This document shows positions 10,238-21,343 of a stretch of 51,374 nucleotides of DNA, in pieces; the first letter of the stretch is position 1; the number at the start of each line of letters is the position of its first letter. Location: contig WFQM01000328.1 in assembly GCA_015487095.1 (NCBI GenBank), positions 1 through 51,374 of the forward strand, read 5' to 3'. The translations under genes and the position numbers were made by a program. Below the pieces are notes generated by a model. The model had not been told where the DNA came from. It searched no databases and worked only from the letters and a program-made list of their open reading frames with translations. The DNA comes from Gammaproteobacteria bacterium. GTDB lineage: Bacteria > Pseudomonadota > Gammaproteobacteria > SZUA-152.

Positions 10238-10942
10238 ATGAAAAACAATATCGAAAAACTGGATTTTTCCACCGTGTTGGCAGGTAGTATTCATGATATG
10301 AAAAATTCACTTGCCATGTTACTGGGATCACTTGCAGATATTTCATCGGAATGCGAGGGGGTTAACTGTTCAATAAAAAAAGAACTTTCACGTATCCGGC
10401 ATGAAGGCCAACGGGTTAATCATGATCTTATTCAATTATTGACATTATATAAAATTGATCAATCTCAATATTATCTTAATATTGAAGAGGTCAATATTTA
10501 TGATTATCTGGAAGAAATACTCCTGGAGTATAAATATCTGCTCAATGATCGGGGAATCGATATCTCCCTGCAATGTGATGTTACGTTAAGCGGATTTTTT
10601 GATGCGGAACTCGTTTCAGGAGTATTAAAAACAATCATTAATAATGCGTATCAGTATGCACATGATAAAATACTGATGAGCGCTGAATCCATTAATGGCT
10701 TTATAAAGCTGACCATTGCTGATAATGGAAAAGGTTACCCATCACATATGTTATGTGAACAATCAGTGCAGAAAACCACCAGTAATTTTTCTACAGGAAG
10801 TACTGGGCTTGGGCTCTATTTTTCTTCGCAAGTTGCAGAATTACATAAAAATAAAAGAAAATGTGGTTATGTTCAGATTACAAATGCCACCCACTCCAGC
10901 TCTGGGCTCAAAGGTGGCTGCTTTTCAATTTTTCTGCCATAA
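10238..10942 (+). CDS. soluble histidine-kinase-like protein (HisKA-like H-box plus HATPase_c, no TM)
   Basis: It carries an H-box (SIHDMKNSL), N-box (IINNAYQYA), G1 (ADNGKGYP) and G2 (GSTGLGLYF). Confidence 0.7.
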   Translation: MKNNIEKLDFSTVLAGSIHDMKNSLAMLLGSLADISSECEGVNCSIKKELSRIRHEGQRVNHDLIQLLTLYKIDQSQYYLNIEEVNIYDYLEEILLEYKYLLNDRGIDISLQCDVTLSGFFDAELVSGVLKTIINNAYQYAHDKILMSAESINGFIKLTIADNGKGYPSHMLCEQSVQKTTSNFSTGSTGLGLYFSSQVAELHKNKRKCGYVQITNATHSSSGLKGGCFSIFLP

Positions 10943-11167
10943 TTTCGTGCCGTATAAATGACCACGGAACAAAATATCTTTCGTCATAACATTAACGCTA
11001 TACCGTTGACAGAGCTTTTCGCTGATGTAGCCAGTCAATACAAGGGGGCGGAGGAACCAATAGCATGATTAATGTATGAGCTGCGTAAGCTTTTCCATTA
11101 ATCCGGCATAACCATGTGAAGTCAACAGGAAGGCACTGTCATAATACAACTTTTCTCACACACCAAA

Positions 11168-13543
11168 ATGTACAAAAAAATGCCTCAATTCCCTCAAAAA
11201 AAACAAGCCAATAATGCCAAGCCGCTCATAATAGCAGGATTCTCCAGTATATTGGTATTGATGATTTTACTGATTGGATTCTGGAGCAAGAGCCTTTCCG
11301 ACAATAAACATTTATTGTCCAGCATGGCCAGCATAACGGTTGAAACTGGTTTGATCACAAAATTATTCAATACGATATATCAGCAAACGATAACATTGTA
11401 CCAAATAAATGAAGCTCAAGATCCAACAAAAAAAGAAACCCATTATGTGCACTATCTGGATTTTAGCAAAACATTGTCCAGTATTTACGCACAACTCGAT
11501 GCCGGTAAATTTAACAACGAATCGGTACAGGCCTGGGGCGCAATACAGCAAGCGTTTACCCAGCGTCACAATATTGAAAAAATATCAGCCGATCTTCATA
11601 AAAATGGAGAACATGAGAAATCCTACGAATACCTGATAAACAATATTTCGCCTCTACAAGATGGTCTAATGAATCAGCTTTCAAGTCTGCTCAATGAAAA
11701 TGGACGAAATGGGGCTGGAAATAACGTAGATGATATCATGAAGGAAGCAACGAACAAGATTTCCACCACTTATTTTTTTGTTTATTTACTCGGTGGAATT
11801 TCTATTTTTCTCGGTATTTTTACTATCTACATTCTTAAACGTACAGAGAGTACCGAAGCGGCATTAATTGCCCAGGGTGAGCGAATTCAGTGGCTGTATG
11901 AAGCAACATCGCGATCCGGCATCAGCCTCGATGATCGTATTACCGAAACCCTGAAATTGGGTTGTCGTGTACTGGGGACAGAAATCGGTAAACTGGGCCG
12001 CCAGTTTCCGGAAAAAAATGAATCTGTATTTCTCAATACCATTGCCCCGCCTGAGCTCCCTGCAAAACGCGGGTTGGTACTGCCTCTGGATAAGACATTT
12101 TGCAATATTACCTTTTCAGCAGATGGGCCGATTGCCATACAACACGTCAGCAAATCTTCCTATAAAGATCACCCTGCCGCAGAGTTTCTTGGCATGGAGG
12201 CCTACATAGGCACAACCATTTATGTGCATGACAAGAAATTTGGCACGGTGAATTTTTCCAACCGGCAGCCTATGGAAAAACCCTTCACACAAACTGACAT
12301 GGATTTTGTTAACCTGCTGGGGAAATGGATCAGTGTGACCATGGAACAGATGATCATCGAAGATGAGTTGCAAAAATCCAAAGATGAAGCTGAAGCTGCA
12401 AATCATGCAAAAACAGCTTTTCTGGCAAATATGAGTCATGAAATTCGCACACCATTGACTGCTATTCTGGGTTATTCCGAAATGTTGCTGGATGATGATC
12501 AATCACAAGAAGAGATAGAACACGAAATCAATTCCATCATCACCAGCGGTAAGCATCTCCAGCAAATTATCAATGACATCCTTGATTTATCAAAAATTGA
12601 GGCTGGACAGCTTATTGTTGAATACCAAGATGTTTCTCCCACTGTTTTTATGAATGAACTTGATGCTATTTTAGGCTCGCAGGTAAGTGAGAAGGGGTTA
12701 TCATTTTATATGGAGTACCACTTCCCTATCCCGGGAACTATTCGCACGGACCCTACCCGTTTAAAGCAAATCCTTCTTAATCTTTGTGGCAATGCGATAA
12801 AATTCACCCGGGAAGGCAATATTAATATTGCAATTCAATATCTTTCAGATTCAAACCAACTACAAATCACTGTTGCCGATACAGGCATTGGCATTTCTGC
12901 TCAGGAACAAAATAAAATATTCTCTCCTTTTACTCAAGCTGATAACTCCACTACACGTATTTATGGTGGGACCGGGCTTGGCTTATGTATTTCCAAACAA
13001 TTAGCCAAGACGCTGGGCGGTGATATTACCGTGACAAGTGAAAAAGGAAAGGGCAGTAAATTCACAATCACTATTGATGTCTGCATTGAAAAAAATAAAC
13101 TGGAAATGATGAATGCTACACCTGTTCAGGAGGCTCCTTCCAGCAATAAATCCGCTCATCAGCATATCCAGCTGGCTGGCCATATATTATTGGTAGAAGA
13201 TAACCCTGGAAATCAACAGCTCATTACAAAATCAATCCGCAAAATTGGTTTAACCGTCGATATTGCTGAAAATGGGAAAATAGGTATAGAAAAAGCATTA
13301 TCAGGCAACTACAACCTTATACTAATGGATATGCAAATGCCCGTAATGAGTGGCTTGGAGGCAATACGGAAATTGCGTGAGCAGGGATACACCGTACCCA
13401 TTATCAGCATAACAGCGAATGCCATGCAGGAAGATAAAAGCAGTTGTATTGCAGCTGGTGCCGATAACTACCTCACAAAACCCCTGGATTTCGGTCATTT
13501 TTATGAAGTACTTTCTACTTATCTGGTTGCCCGTGAACAATAA
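11168..13543 (+). CDS. hybrid sensor histidine kinase (2 TM periplasmic sensor, GAF-like, HisKA, HATPase, receiver; no Hpt)
   Basis: Motifs seen: H-box [15 protein letters not shown]; NLCGNAIKFT, DTGIGI, GGTGLGLCI; receiver ILLVEDNPGNQ...ILMDMQMP...ITANA. Confidence 0.85.
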   Translation: MYKKMPQFPQKKQANNAKPLIIAGFSSILVLMILLIGFWSKSLSDNKHLLSSMASITVETGLITKLFNTIYQQTITLYQINEAQDPTKKETHYVHYLDFSKTLSSIYAQLDAGKFNNESVQAWGAIQQAFTQRHNIEKISADLHKNGEHEKSYEYLINNISPLQDGLMNQLSSLLNENGRNGAGNNVDDIMKEATNKISTTYFFVYLLGGISIFLGIFTIYILKRTESTEAALIAQGERIQWLYEATSRSGISLDDRITETLKLGCRVLGTEIGKLGRQFPEKNESVFLNTIAPPELPAKRGLVLPLDKTFCNITFSADGPIAIQHVSKSSYKDHPAAEFLGMEAYIGTTIYVHDKKFGTVNFSNRQPMEKPFTQTDMDFVNLLGKWISVTMEQMIIEDELQKSKDEAEAANHAKTAFLANMSHEIRTPLTAILGYSEMLLDDDQSQEEIEHEINSIITSGKHLQQIINDILDLSKIEAGQLIVEYQDVSPTVFMNELDAILGSQVSEKGLSFYMEYHFPIPGTIRTDPTRLKQILLNLCGNAIKFTREGNINIAIQYLSDSNQLQITVADTGIGISAQEQNKIFSPFTQADNSTTRIYGGTGLGLCISKQLAKTLGGDITVTSEKGKGSKFTITIDVCIEKNKLEMMNATPVQEAPSSNKSAHQHIQLAGHILLVEDNPGNQQLITKSIRKIGLTVDIAENGKIGIEKALSGNYNLILMDMQMPVMSGLEAIRKLREQGYTVPIISITANAMQEDKSSCIAAGADNYLTKPLDFGHFYEVLSTYLVAREQ

Positions 13544-13611
13544 AATCCAAGTGCAAAAAATACATTTTATACACATTCACAACTTATCCTGTCCCGGCTG
13601 ATTGTCACCAC

Positions 13612-14799
13612 TTGACCTGCAACGGTTTTGGCATGAACATGGGCAGCATGTCACCACCTTACACATCGTCAGAAATTAACCTGCAACAGGAATTCCCACT
13701 GCTGGATTCAGTCCACTACCTGAATCATGCTGCTGTCTCCCCGTGGCCAATTCGAACGGCCAATGCCGTAACCAATTTTGCACATGAAAATGCCACACAA
13801 GGGTCGAAACACTATCCTCAATGGATCAACACGGAAGCAACGTTGCGCAAGCAATTACAACAACTGATCAATGCCAAATCTGTTAATGAAATTGCACTGC
13901 TCAAAAACACTTCCGAAGCTTTGTCGGTTGTTGCATTCGGTTTACCCTGGCAAAGCGGAGATAACATCGTCAGTATCAAAGGAGAATTTCCTTCAAACCG
14001 GGTGGTATGGCAGGCTTTAAAACCCAAAGGGGTTGAGTTGCGCCTTGCTGATATTGACGATGCCTGTCCCGAGGAAAAGTTGTTAAAACTTGTTGATAAA
14101 CACACTCGTCTTATTACTGTCAGCTCAGTGCAATATGCTTCCGGGTTTCAGCTTGACCTTGCCTACATTGGTGCTTTTTGCAAAAAAAATAATATCCTGT
14201 TTTGCGTCGATGCCATCCAGAGCATCGGAGCATTGCAATTTGATGTACAGGCAATACAGGCAGATTTTGTCATGGCTGATGGTCATAAATGGATGCTGGG
14301 ACCTGAAGGACTTGCATTTTTTTACTGCCGCGAAGAACTGTTTGAGAGATTGACACTGCACCAGTACGGTTGGCACATGACTAATACATTCACCGACTTT
14401 GACAATGAGGAATGGCAGCCTGTGAATACTGCCCGCCGGTTTGAGTGTGGCAGCCCTAATATGCTGGGCATTCATGCACTTTCGGCCAGCCTGTCGGTAT
14501 TGTTGGAGTTTGGAATGGAAAATGTGGAAGCCTGTATTTTGGAAAATACACGTTATCTGTTTGAGCAGATCAATACTGCTGAGCAATTGATGTTATTAAG
14601 CAACACAACTGAAGGGCGTTACAGCGGTATTGTGACTTTTCACCATCGCACGTTGAATAATGGCAGACTTTTTTCGCTGTTAACCGAACAGGGGGTAATG
14701 TGCGCACAGCGCGGGGGAGGGATTCGTTTTTCACCGCATTTTTATACACCAAAAGAAAAAATCCGGCATGCACTTAACGTTGCTGCGCAGGCGTCATAA
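13612..14799 (+). CDS. class V aminotransferase / cysteine-desulfurase-like PLP enzyme
   Basis: YLNHAAVSPWP, SSVQYASG and the PLP-lysine context ADGHKWMLGPEG are present. The true start is probably one of the ATGs at 13633-13648 rather than the TTG at 13612. Confidence 0.7.
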   Translation: MTCNGFGMNMGSMSPPYTSSEINLQQEFPLLDSVHYLNHAAVSPWPIRTANAVTNFAHENATQGSKHYPQWINTEATLRKQLQQLINAKSVNEIALLKNTSEALSVVAFGLPWQSGDNIVSIKGEFPSNRVVWQALKPKGVELRLADIDDACPEEKLLKLVDKHTRLITVSSVQYASGFQLDLAYIGAFCKKNNILFCVDAIQSIGALQFDVQAIQADFVMADGHKWMLGPEGLAFFYCREELFERLTLHQYGWHMTNTFTDFDNEEWQPVNTARRFECGSPNMLGIHALSASLSVLLEFGMENVEACILENTRYLFEQINTAEQLMLLSNTTEGRYSGIVTFHHRTLNNGRLFSLLTEQGVMCAQRGGGIRFSPHFYTPKEKIRHALNVAAQAS

Positions 14800-15598
14800 A
14801 CCGCCGAAAATAATTCTCTGTTGTTTGTGCAGCGACGGTTTCCCATCGAACATCGCGCAGCCCGGCAATGCACTCGGCAACGTGTCGAACATAAGCGGGC
14901 TGATTTGGTTTGCCACGATGTGGCATCGGCGCAAGGTATGGAGAGTCTGTCTCCACCAGCATACGCTCCCCCGGTATTTTTTTGGCGACTTCTTTTAATT
15001 CTTTTGCGGAGTTAAAAGTCACAATACCGGAAAAGGAAATATCAAAGTTCAAGTCCAGTGCTCGTTTGGCCACATCCCAGTTTTCCACAAAACAATGCAT
15101 TACACCACCGACTTCATCGGCACCCTCTTCTTTCAAAATACGCAAGGTATCTTCCGTTGCCTCCCGCATGTGAATAATCAGTGGTTTTTTTGTCGTTTTT
15201 GATGCGGTGATATGGGTACGAAAACGTTCGCGCTGCCATTCCAGGTCGCCCTCTTCACCTTCTGTGCAACGAAAATAATCCAGCCCGGTTTCACCAATGG
15301 CGACTACTTCCGGTTCGGCGGCCAAATTGATCAGTTTTTCGCTGGTGGGCTCTTCCCCTCCCTGCGCTGTGGGATGCACGCCAACCGAAACCGAAATCTG
15401 TGTATGGGCTTTGGCCATCGTCAACAAGGTCGGGTAATGTTCCAGGTCAATGGAAACGCACAAAAAATGCCCGACACCTTGTGCCGCTGCATTGTCCAGT
15501 GCGCCTTGCAATTCGCCGTTCCACGGTGAAAGCTCCAGACGATCCAGATGACAGTGTGAGTCCACTAGCGGGGTATTTTCAGGCAAAGAAATAGACAT
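14774..15598 (-). CDS. TatD-family metal-dependent hydrolase (YcfH-like DNase)
   Basis: It has VDSHCHLD at the N-terminus and sits downstream of pilZ-holB-tmk, as in Pseudomonas and E. coli. Confidence 0.85.
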   Translation of the reverse strand: MSISLPENTPLVDSHCHLDRLELSPWNGELQGALDNAAAQGVGHFLCVSIDLEHYPTLLTMAKAHTQISVSVGVHPTAQGGEEPTSEKLINLAAEPEVVAIGETGLDYFRCTEGEEGDLEWQRERFRTHITASKTTKKPLIIHMREATEDTLRILKEEGADEVGGVMHCFVENWDVAKRALDLNFDISFSGIVTFNSAKELKEVAKKIPGERMLVETDSPYLAPMPHRGKPNQPAYVRHVAECIAGLRDVRWETVAAQTTENYFRRFMTPAQQR

Positions 15599-15661
15599 AG
15601 GTAAAACGTCCTGTTGGAAAAATGAGAAGTGTTAACATCCTGCCTGTCCGCAAAACCCAGG

Positions 15662-15835
15662 AAAATCTAACGCAAAGGCGCGGAGACGCAAAGATCGCAG
15701 AGAAAGTATTTTATGTTTAAACAATCAGCTGTTTTGGGGTATTCATTCGTTGTAATAACGCATATGCACCATGCCTAAAAAAACTCTGCGCCCTTTGCAT
15801 CTCCGCGTTGGGTTTTCATTTTCTTTCCGGTTTTA
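15662..15835. repeat. CGCAAAG/CGCAGAG long-hairpin intergenic repeat (family B), full-length copy
   Basis: The left arm is aaaatctaacgcaaaggcgcggagacgcaaagatcgcagagaaag. The right arm is ctctgcgccctttgcatctccgcgttgggttttcattttctttccggtttt. Related copies lie at 354-453, 23936-23995, 36658-36740 and (partial) 48147-48170. Confidence 0.7.
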
Positions 15836-15887
15836 AATGTAGAGTTTCACATTTAAGGAATGAAACAAGCTGCGTGTAACAATGAGA

Positions 15888-16238
15888 CTACATGGTATGC
15901 GTCTGACGATCAGACTTCAATGCACCAGCGAGGTAGGTTTCAATTTTATTGCGTACAGCACCATTATCCTGATTGCTGAATTGCACACCGATACCGGCAA
16001 TGCGCGCACCTTGGGCACCCGCCGGTGTCACCCAGATAATTTTACCGGCAACTGGCAATTTCTCTGTTTCTTCCATGAGGGTGAGCAGCATAAAAACTTC
16101 ATCGCCCAATTTGTATTTTTTGTTGGTGGGAATAAACAGTCCGCCGTGTTTCACAAAAGGCATGTACGCTGCGTACAAGGAACTTTTGTCCTTGATGGCC
16201 AACGAGAGAATACCGCCTTGTCGAAAATCACCGCTCAT
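15888..16238 (-). CDS. pilZ: type IV pilus assembly PilZ-domain protein
   Basis: It is 116 aa with ...YMPFVKHGGLFIPT...GDEVF...LPVAGKIIWVTP.... Its position immediately downstream of holB matches the Pseudomonas tmk-holB-pilZ-tatD arrangement. Confidence 0.8.
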   Translation of the reverse strand: MSGDFRQGGILSLAIKDKSSLYAAYMPFVKHGGLFIPTNKKYKLGDEVFMLLTLMEETEKLPVAGKIIWVTPAGAQGARIAGIGVQFSNQDNGAVRNKIETYLAGALKSDRQTHTM

Positions 16239-16283
16239 GTATGTACTGACTCCTGATACTGTTTTATCTTATTTTAAAGCCAT

Positions 16284-17962
<1,679 letters not shown>

Positions 17963-17982
17963 TTAGTTAAAGTCAATACTGA

Positions 17983-19041
17983 CTATTGAGAGGAGGAAAA
18001 TGGCTTCGCCCGACCACCCAGCTGATATTTTACCACCGCAGCATTGTGCTCTTTCAGGGTTGCCGAAAATTGGTGTCCGCCATCTCCCCGGGCAACAAAA
18101 TACAGCTCCCCACCCTCCAGAGGGTGCAGCGCCGCCAGCACTGCTTCACGTCCCGGCATAGCAATGGGTGTGGGCGGCAGACCTCGGTGCAGATAGGTAT
18201 TGTAAGGCGTCTCTTTGCGCAAATCACGGCGACGGATATTGCCATCAAACGCACGTCCCAGACCGTAAATCACCGTGGGGTCCGTTTGCAGGCGCATGCG
18301 TTTTTGCAAACGCCGGTTGAACACACCGGCAATCTGCCTGCGTTCGCTGGGCAGCGCGGTCTCTTTTTCAACAATAGAGGCCATTATCAGTGCCTCATAG
18401 GGCGTTTTATATTCCACATCGGCAGCACGATCCGGCCAGCTTTTGTTAAGCAACTGCTGCATGGCATTGTAGGCCCGTTGCAAAAAAGCCACATCCGTGG
18501 TCAGACGAGGAAAGTGGTAGGTATCCGGTAAAAAACGCCCTTCAGGATGCTCTCCGGGGTGGCCGATCTGTTCCATGATTTCCGCATCGCTGTAATCCGA
18601 TAACGTGTGCAACAAGAATTCATTGCTGTGGACGGCGTCCATAAGCTGGCGAAAATTCCAGCCCTCGACAATAGTGAGGGAATATTGCAGCATTTCACCA
18701 TTGACGATCTGCTCCAGCAGGCGCGCGGGCGTAATACCACTATCGAAGTAATACTCCCCCGCCTTGATATTGTCCGCCGTGCCTTCAAATTTACCCAGCC
18801 ACACCAGATATGAAGCCGACTTGATCACGCCACGCCGTGCCAGATCTTTGGAAACATAAGTCAGCGTCTTGCCGGATTTGATTTCATAACGCATCCCCGT
18901 ATCGCTCAACGTCACTGGCGAACTCACAAACGAGCGGTAATCCATGGCCACCCAGGCACCATAAAGGCTGCCCAGCAGGATGAGCAAGCCTACAAGCTTA
19001 AACAATATCTCCCGCCCGGATCTGGTCCTCGCTTTAATCAT
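17983..19041 (-). CDS. mltG: endolytic murein transglycosylase MltG (YceG family)
   Basis: It has an N-terminal TM and the motifs ASIVEKE and DPTVIYG...YNTY. It overlaps the pabC stop. Confidence 0.9.
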   Translation of the reverse strand: MIKARTRSGREILFKLVGLLILLGSLYGAWVAMDYRSFVSSPVTLSDTGMRYEIKSGKTLTYVSKDLARRGVIKSASYLVWLGKFEGTADNIKAGEYYFDSGITPARLLEQIVNGEMLQYSLTIVEGWNFRQLMDAVHSNEFLLHTLSDYSDAEIMEQIGHPGEHPEGRFLPDTYHFPRLTTDVAFLQRAYNAMQQLLNKSWPDRAADVEYKTPYEALIMASIVEKETALPSERRQIAGVFNRRLQKRMRLQTDPTVIYGLGRAFDGNIRRRDLRKETPYNTYLHRGLPPTPIAMPGREAVLAALHPLEGGELYFVARGDGGHQFSATLKEHNAAVVKYQLGGRAKPFSSSQ

Positions 19042-19876
19042 GCAAAGACTCCAATGCCTGACTCAGCTGACGGGTCATCGGCCCCACGGCGAAATGCTGC
19101 TCTTCCAGCTGGCGCACCGGCCAGATGCCTATGAGCGTGTTGCAAAGAAACAGTTCCTGCGAGCGATACAGGTCAGCCAGCTCCAGCGTTGTTTCCTGCA
19201 CAGAAATACCCGCCGCCTCAGCCACGTTGATGATGTTTTCCCGGGTGATGCCCTTTACGCCACAGTGAGTCAGCAGGGGTGTTTTCAGTACCGGCCCGCT
19301 CTCACTTTCCTGCACACAAAACAGATTGCTCATAGTCCCCTCAATAACGTTATTATTATTGTCCAGCATCAGGCCTTCAGCGACCTGCGTACTCTCCCTG
19401 CCCTCCAGCCATTCTGCGCGCGCCAGCACCTGCTCCAGCCGGTTAAGGTGCTTGATGCCTGCCAGTCTCGGATTGCCCGCCAGACGTGTGTCACACACCC
19501 TTACTGATACGCCATCACAATAGTGCGCTTGCGGAAAAACGACGGCAGGCGATAACGACAGCACGCGCGTCGTAACCGCTTGCGCAGGTGGTGCATAACC
19601 CCGCTTCCCCACCCCCCGGGTTATAACGATTTTCAGTACCGCGCCCACTTCATCTGCACACAGGCTCATGGCCTCTGACAATAACAACGCTGGTTCAGGC
19701 ATACTAATACGCAGTACCTGACAACCCGCCGACAAACGGGCCATGTGCTGCGCCCAGCGACGCGGCTTGCCTGCCGACACTCGCAGGGTTTCAAACAATC
19801 CATCGCCGTACTGGAAACCACGATCCAGTACGGAAATATGTTCCGCCGGTCGGCCGTTAATCAAAATCGCTGACAA
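19034..19876 (-). CDS. pabC: aminodeoxychorismate lyase (class IV aminotransferase fold)
   Basis: DRGFQYGDGLFET and GIKHLNRLEQV are present. The gene lies immediately upstream of mltG, as in E. coli pabC-yceG. Confidence 0.8.
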   Translation of the reverse strand: MSAILINGRPAEHISVLDRGFQYGDGLFETLRVSAGKPRRWAQHMARLSAGCQVLRISMPEPALLLSEAMSLCADEVGAVLKIVITRGVGKRGYAPPAQAVTTRVLSLSPAVVFPQAHYCDGVSVRVCDTRLAGNPRLAGIKHLNRLEQVLARAEWLEGRESTQVAEGLMLDNNNNVIEGTMSNLFCVQESESGPVLKTPLLTHCGVKGITRENIINVAEAAGISVQETTLELADLYRSQELFLCNTLIGIWPVRQLEEQHFAVGPMTRQLSQALESLHD

Positions 19877-19990
19877 TGAAATCGATCCGCTGGAAATAAC
19901 AGTTTCTGGTTATGGACAAACTGCGATAGCACGCAGGTAAGCATGAGAGCATACCACAGCCAGACTTCGCTCTGCCCTGCTTGTTCACCA

Positions 19991-21343
19991 TCAATTGTCC
20001 ATCAGTGCCAGCAACATTCCCCGCGCCTTGGCGCGCGTTTCATGCAGTTCTTTTTGGGGGTCTGAATCGATAACAATGCCACCACCTGCGCGCAACTGTA
20101 ATTGTTGCCCTGTCTGAGTGATCGTGCGAATCAGGATGTTCAAATCCATATCACCATTGTGATTGAGATAACCCATGGCACCGGTATAGGCACCGCGCCC
20201 TTCTCCCTCCAGCTCGGCGATAATTTCCATGCAGCGCACCTTGGGGCAGCCGGTGATGGTGCCACCGGGAAACACGGCGCGAATCACCTCACCCGGCGTC
20301 ACTCCCTCGCGCAGCTGTCCACACACATTGGAAACGATGTGATGCACATGGGCATAACTTTCCAGCACCATCAATTCGTCCACCTTCACAGTGCCCGGCA
20401 CACATACCCGGCCAAGGTCATTACGTTCCAGATCGATGAGCATGACGTGTTCAGCGCGTTCTTTAGGATGCGCCAGCAACTCTTTTTTCAACGCATGATC
20501 ATCCACCCACTGTGTATTGCGCGGACGGGTTCCGGCAATGGGCCGGGTTTCAACCCGCCGCTTGTTGACCTTCACCAAACGTTCCGGAGAAGAGCTGATG
20601 ATCGCGGCACCATCGATTAACGCCAGACCGGCAAATGGTGCGGGATTGTTTTTGCACAGACGCTGGTAGACATCCGAGGGCTGCAAAGTGCTGCTACTCT
20701 GGCCACGCCAGATTCGTGCCAGATTCACCTGAAATACATCGCCTTCAACGATGTAGTTTTTGATGGCTTCAACGTCCTGCAAGTAACGCGACGTTTCTGC
20801 TTCTGCCATGACAATATTTGGCGATACCGTATCCACCGTCGATATCTGCCCGATATCTTCATCCAGCATATTGAGCAGATTTGCATGATCTGGCTCGGCC
20901 ACAAGAAAAGTCTGTTGCTTTGCATGATCAACAATGACAGCTGCGGGTATACGGGCAGCATAAGCCACCGGCAAACCGTCATGAGCAGCTGGCAGGGAAA
21001 GGCTGGACTCAATCTGCCCTGCTAACTCGTAAGCCAGAAACAGAAACCAGCCGCCAGTGAATGGCAACGGGGGAAAGCCAAGGGCAGTTTCTAGGGGTTT
21101 GATGGTTTTCGCAGCGGCCTGCCAGCGGGTATCAAGCTGCTGGAGAAAGTCCATCGAAGTATCTGCGGCATCCAAACGAATATGATCACCAGGAAAGGCA
21201 AAAAGAATATCGAAACGAGCCTGCCCTCCACCCGGTGCATCGCTGTGTGCCATGGATTGCAGCAGATAGGGGTAGCGCTGGGGATTGGCACGATGCAGTG
21301 CTAACAGATCAACAGCGTGTTTGACGTGACGGATGTGTGTCAT
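19991..21343 (-). CDS. pabB: aminodeoxychorismate synthase component I (chorismate-binding enzyme)
   Basis: SSSPERL, PKERAEHVMLIDLERNDLGRV, GTITGCPK and GAYTGAMGY are typical TrpE/PabB motifs. The pabB call rests on adjacency to pabC. Confidence 0.75.
   Translation of the reverse strand: MTHIRHVKHAVDLLALHRANPQRYPYLLQSMAHSDAPGGGQARFDILFAFPGDHIRLDAADTSMDFLQQLDTRWQAAAKTIKPLETALGFPPLPFTGGWFLFLAYELAGQIESSLSLPAAHDGLPVAYAARIPAAVIVDHAKQQTFLVAEPDHANLLNMLDEDIGQISTVDTVSPNIVMAEAETSRYLQDVEAIKNYIVEGDVFQVNLARIWRGQSSSTLQPSDVYQRLCKNNPAPFAGLALIDGAAIISSSPERLVKVNKRRVETRPIAGTRPRNTQWVDDHALKKELLAHPKERAEHVMLIDLERNDLGRVCVPGTVKVDELMVLESYAHVHHIVSNVCGQLREGVTPGEVIRAVFPGGTITGCPKVRCMEIIAELEGEGRGAYTGAMGYLNHNGDMDLNILIRTITQTGQQLQLRAGGGIVIDSDPQKELHETRAKARGMLLALMDN

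Noticed and set aside
14774-14799. Convergent 3' overlaps (aminotransferase/tatD, 26 bp; anti-sigma/ABC permease, 35494-35517, 24 bp)
   Set aside because: Short convergent overlaps are common and need no special explanation. There is no evidence of regulatory antisense function from the sequence alone.
20102-20620. Long antisense ORFs inside pabB, fabD, fabH/plsX, the HlyD gene and others (e.g. 20102-20620, 26712-27275, 29169-29789, 40094-40507)
   Set aside because: They are typical shadow ORFs of GC-rich genes. The opposite strand carries clear conserved motifs, and these ORFs have none.
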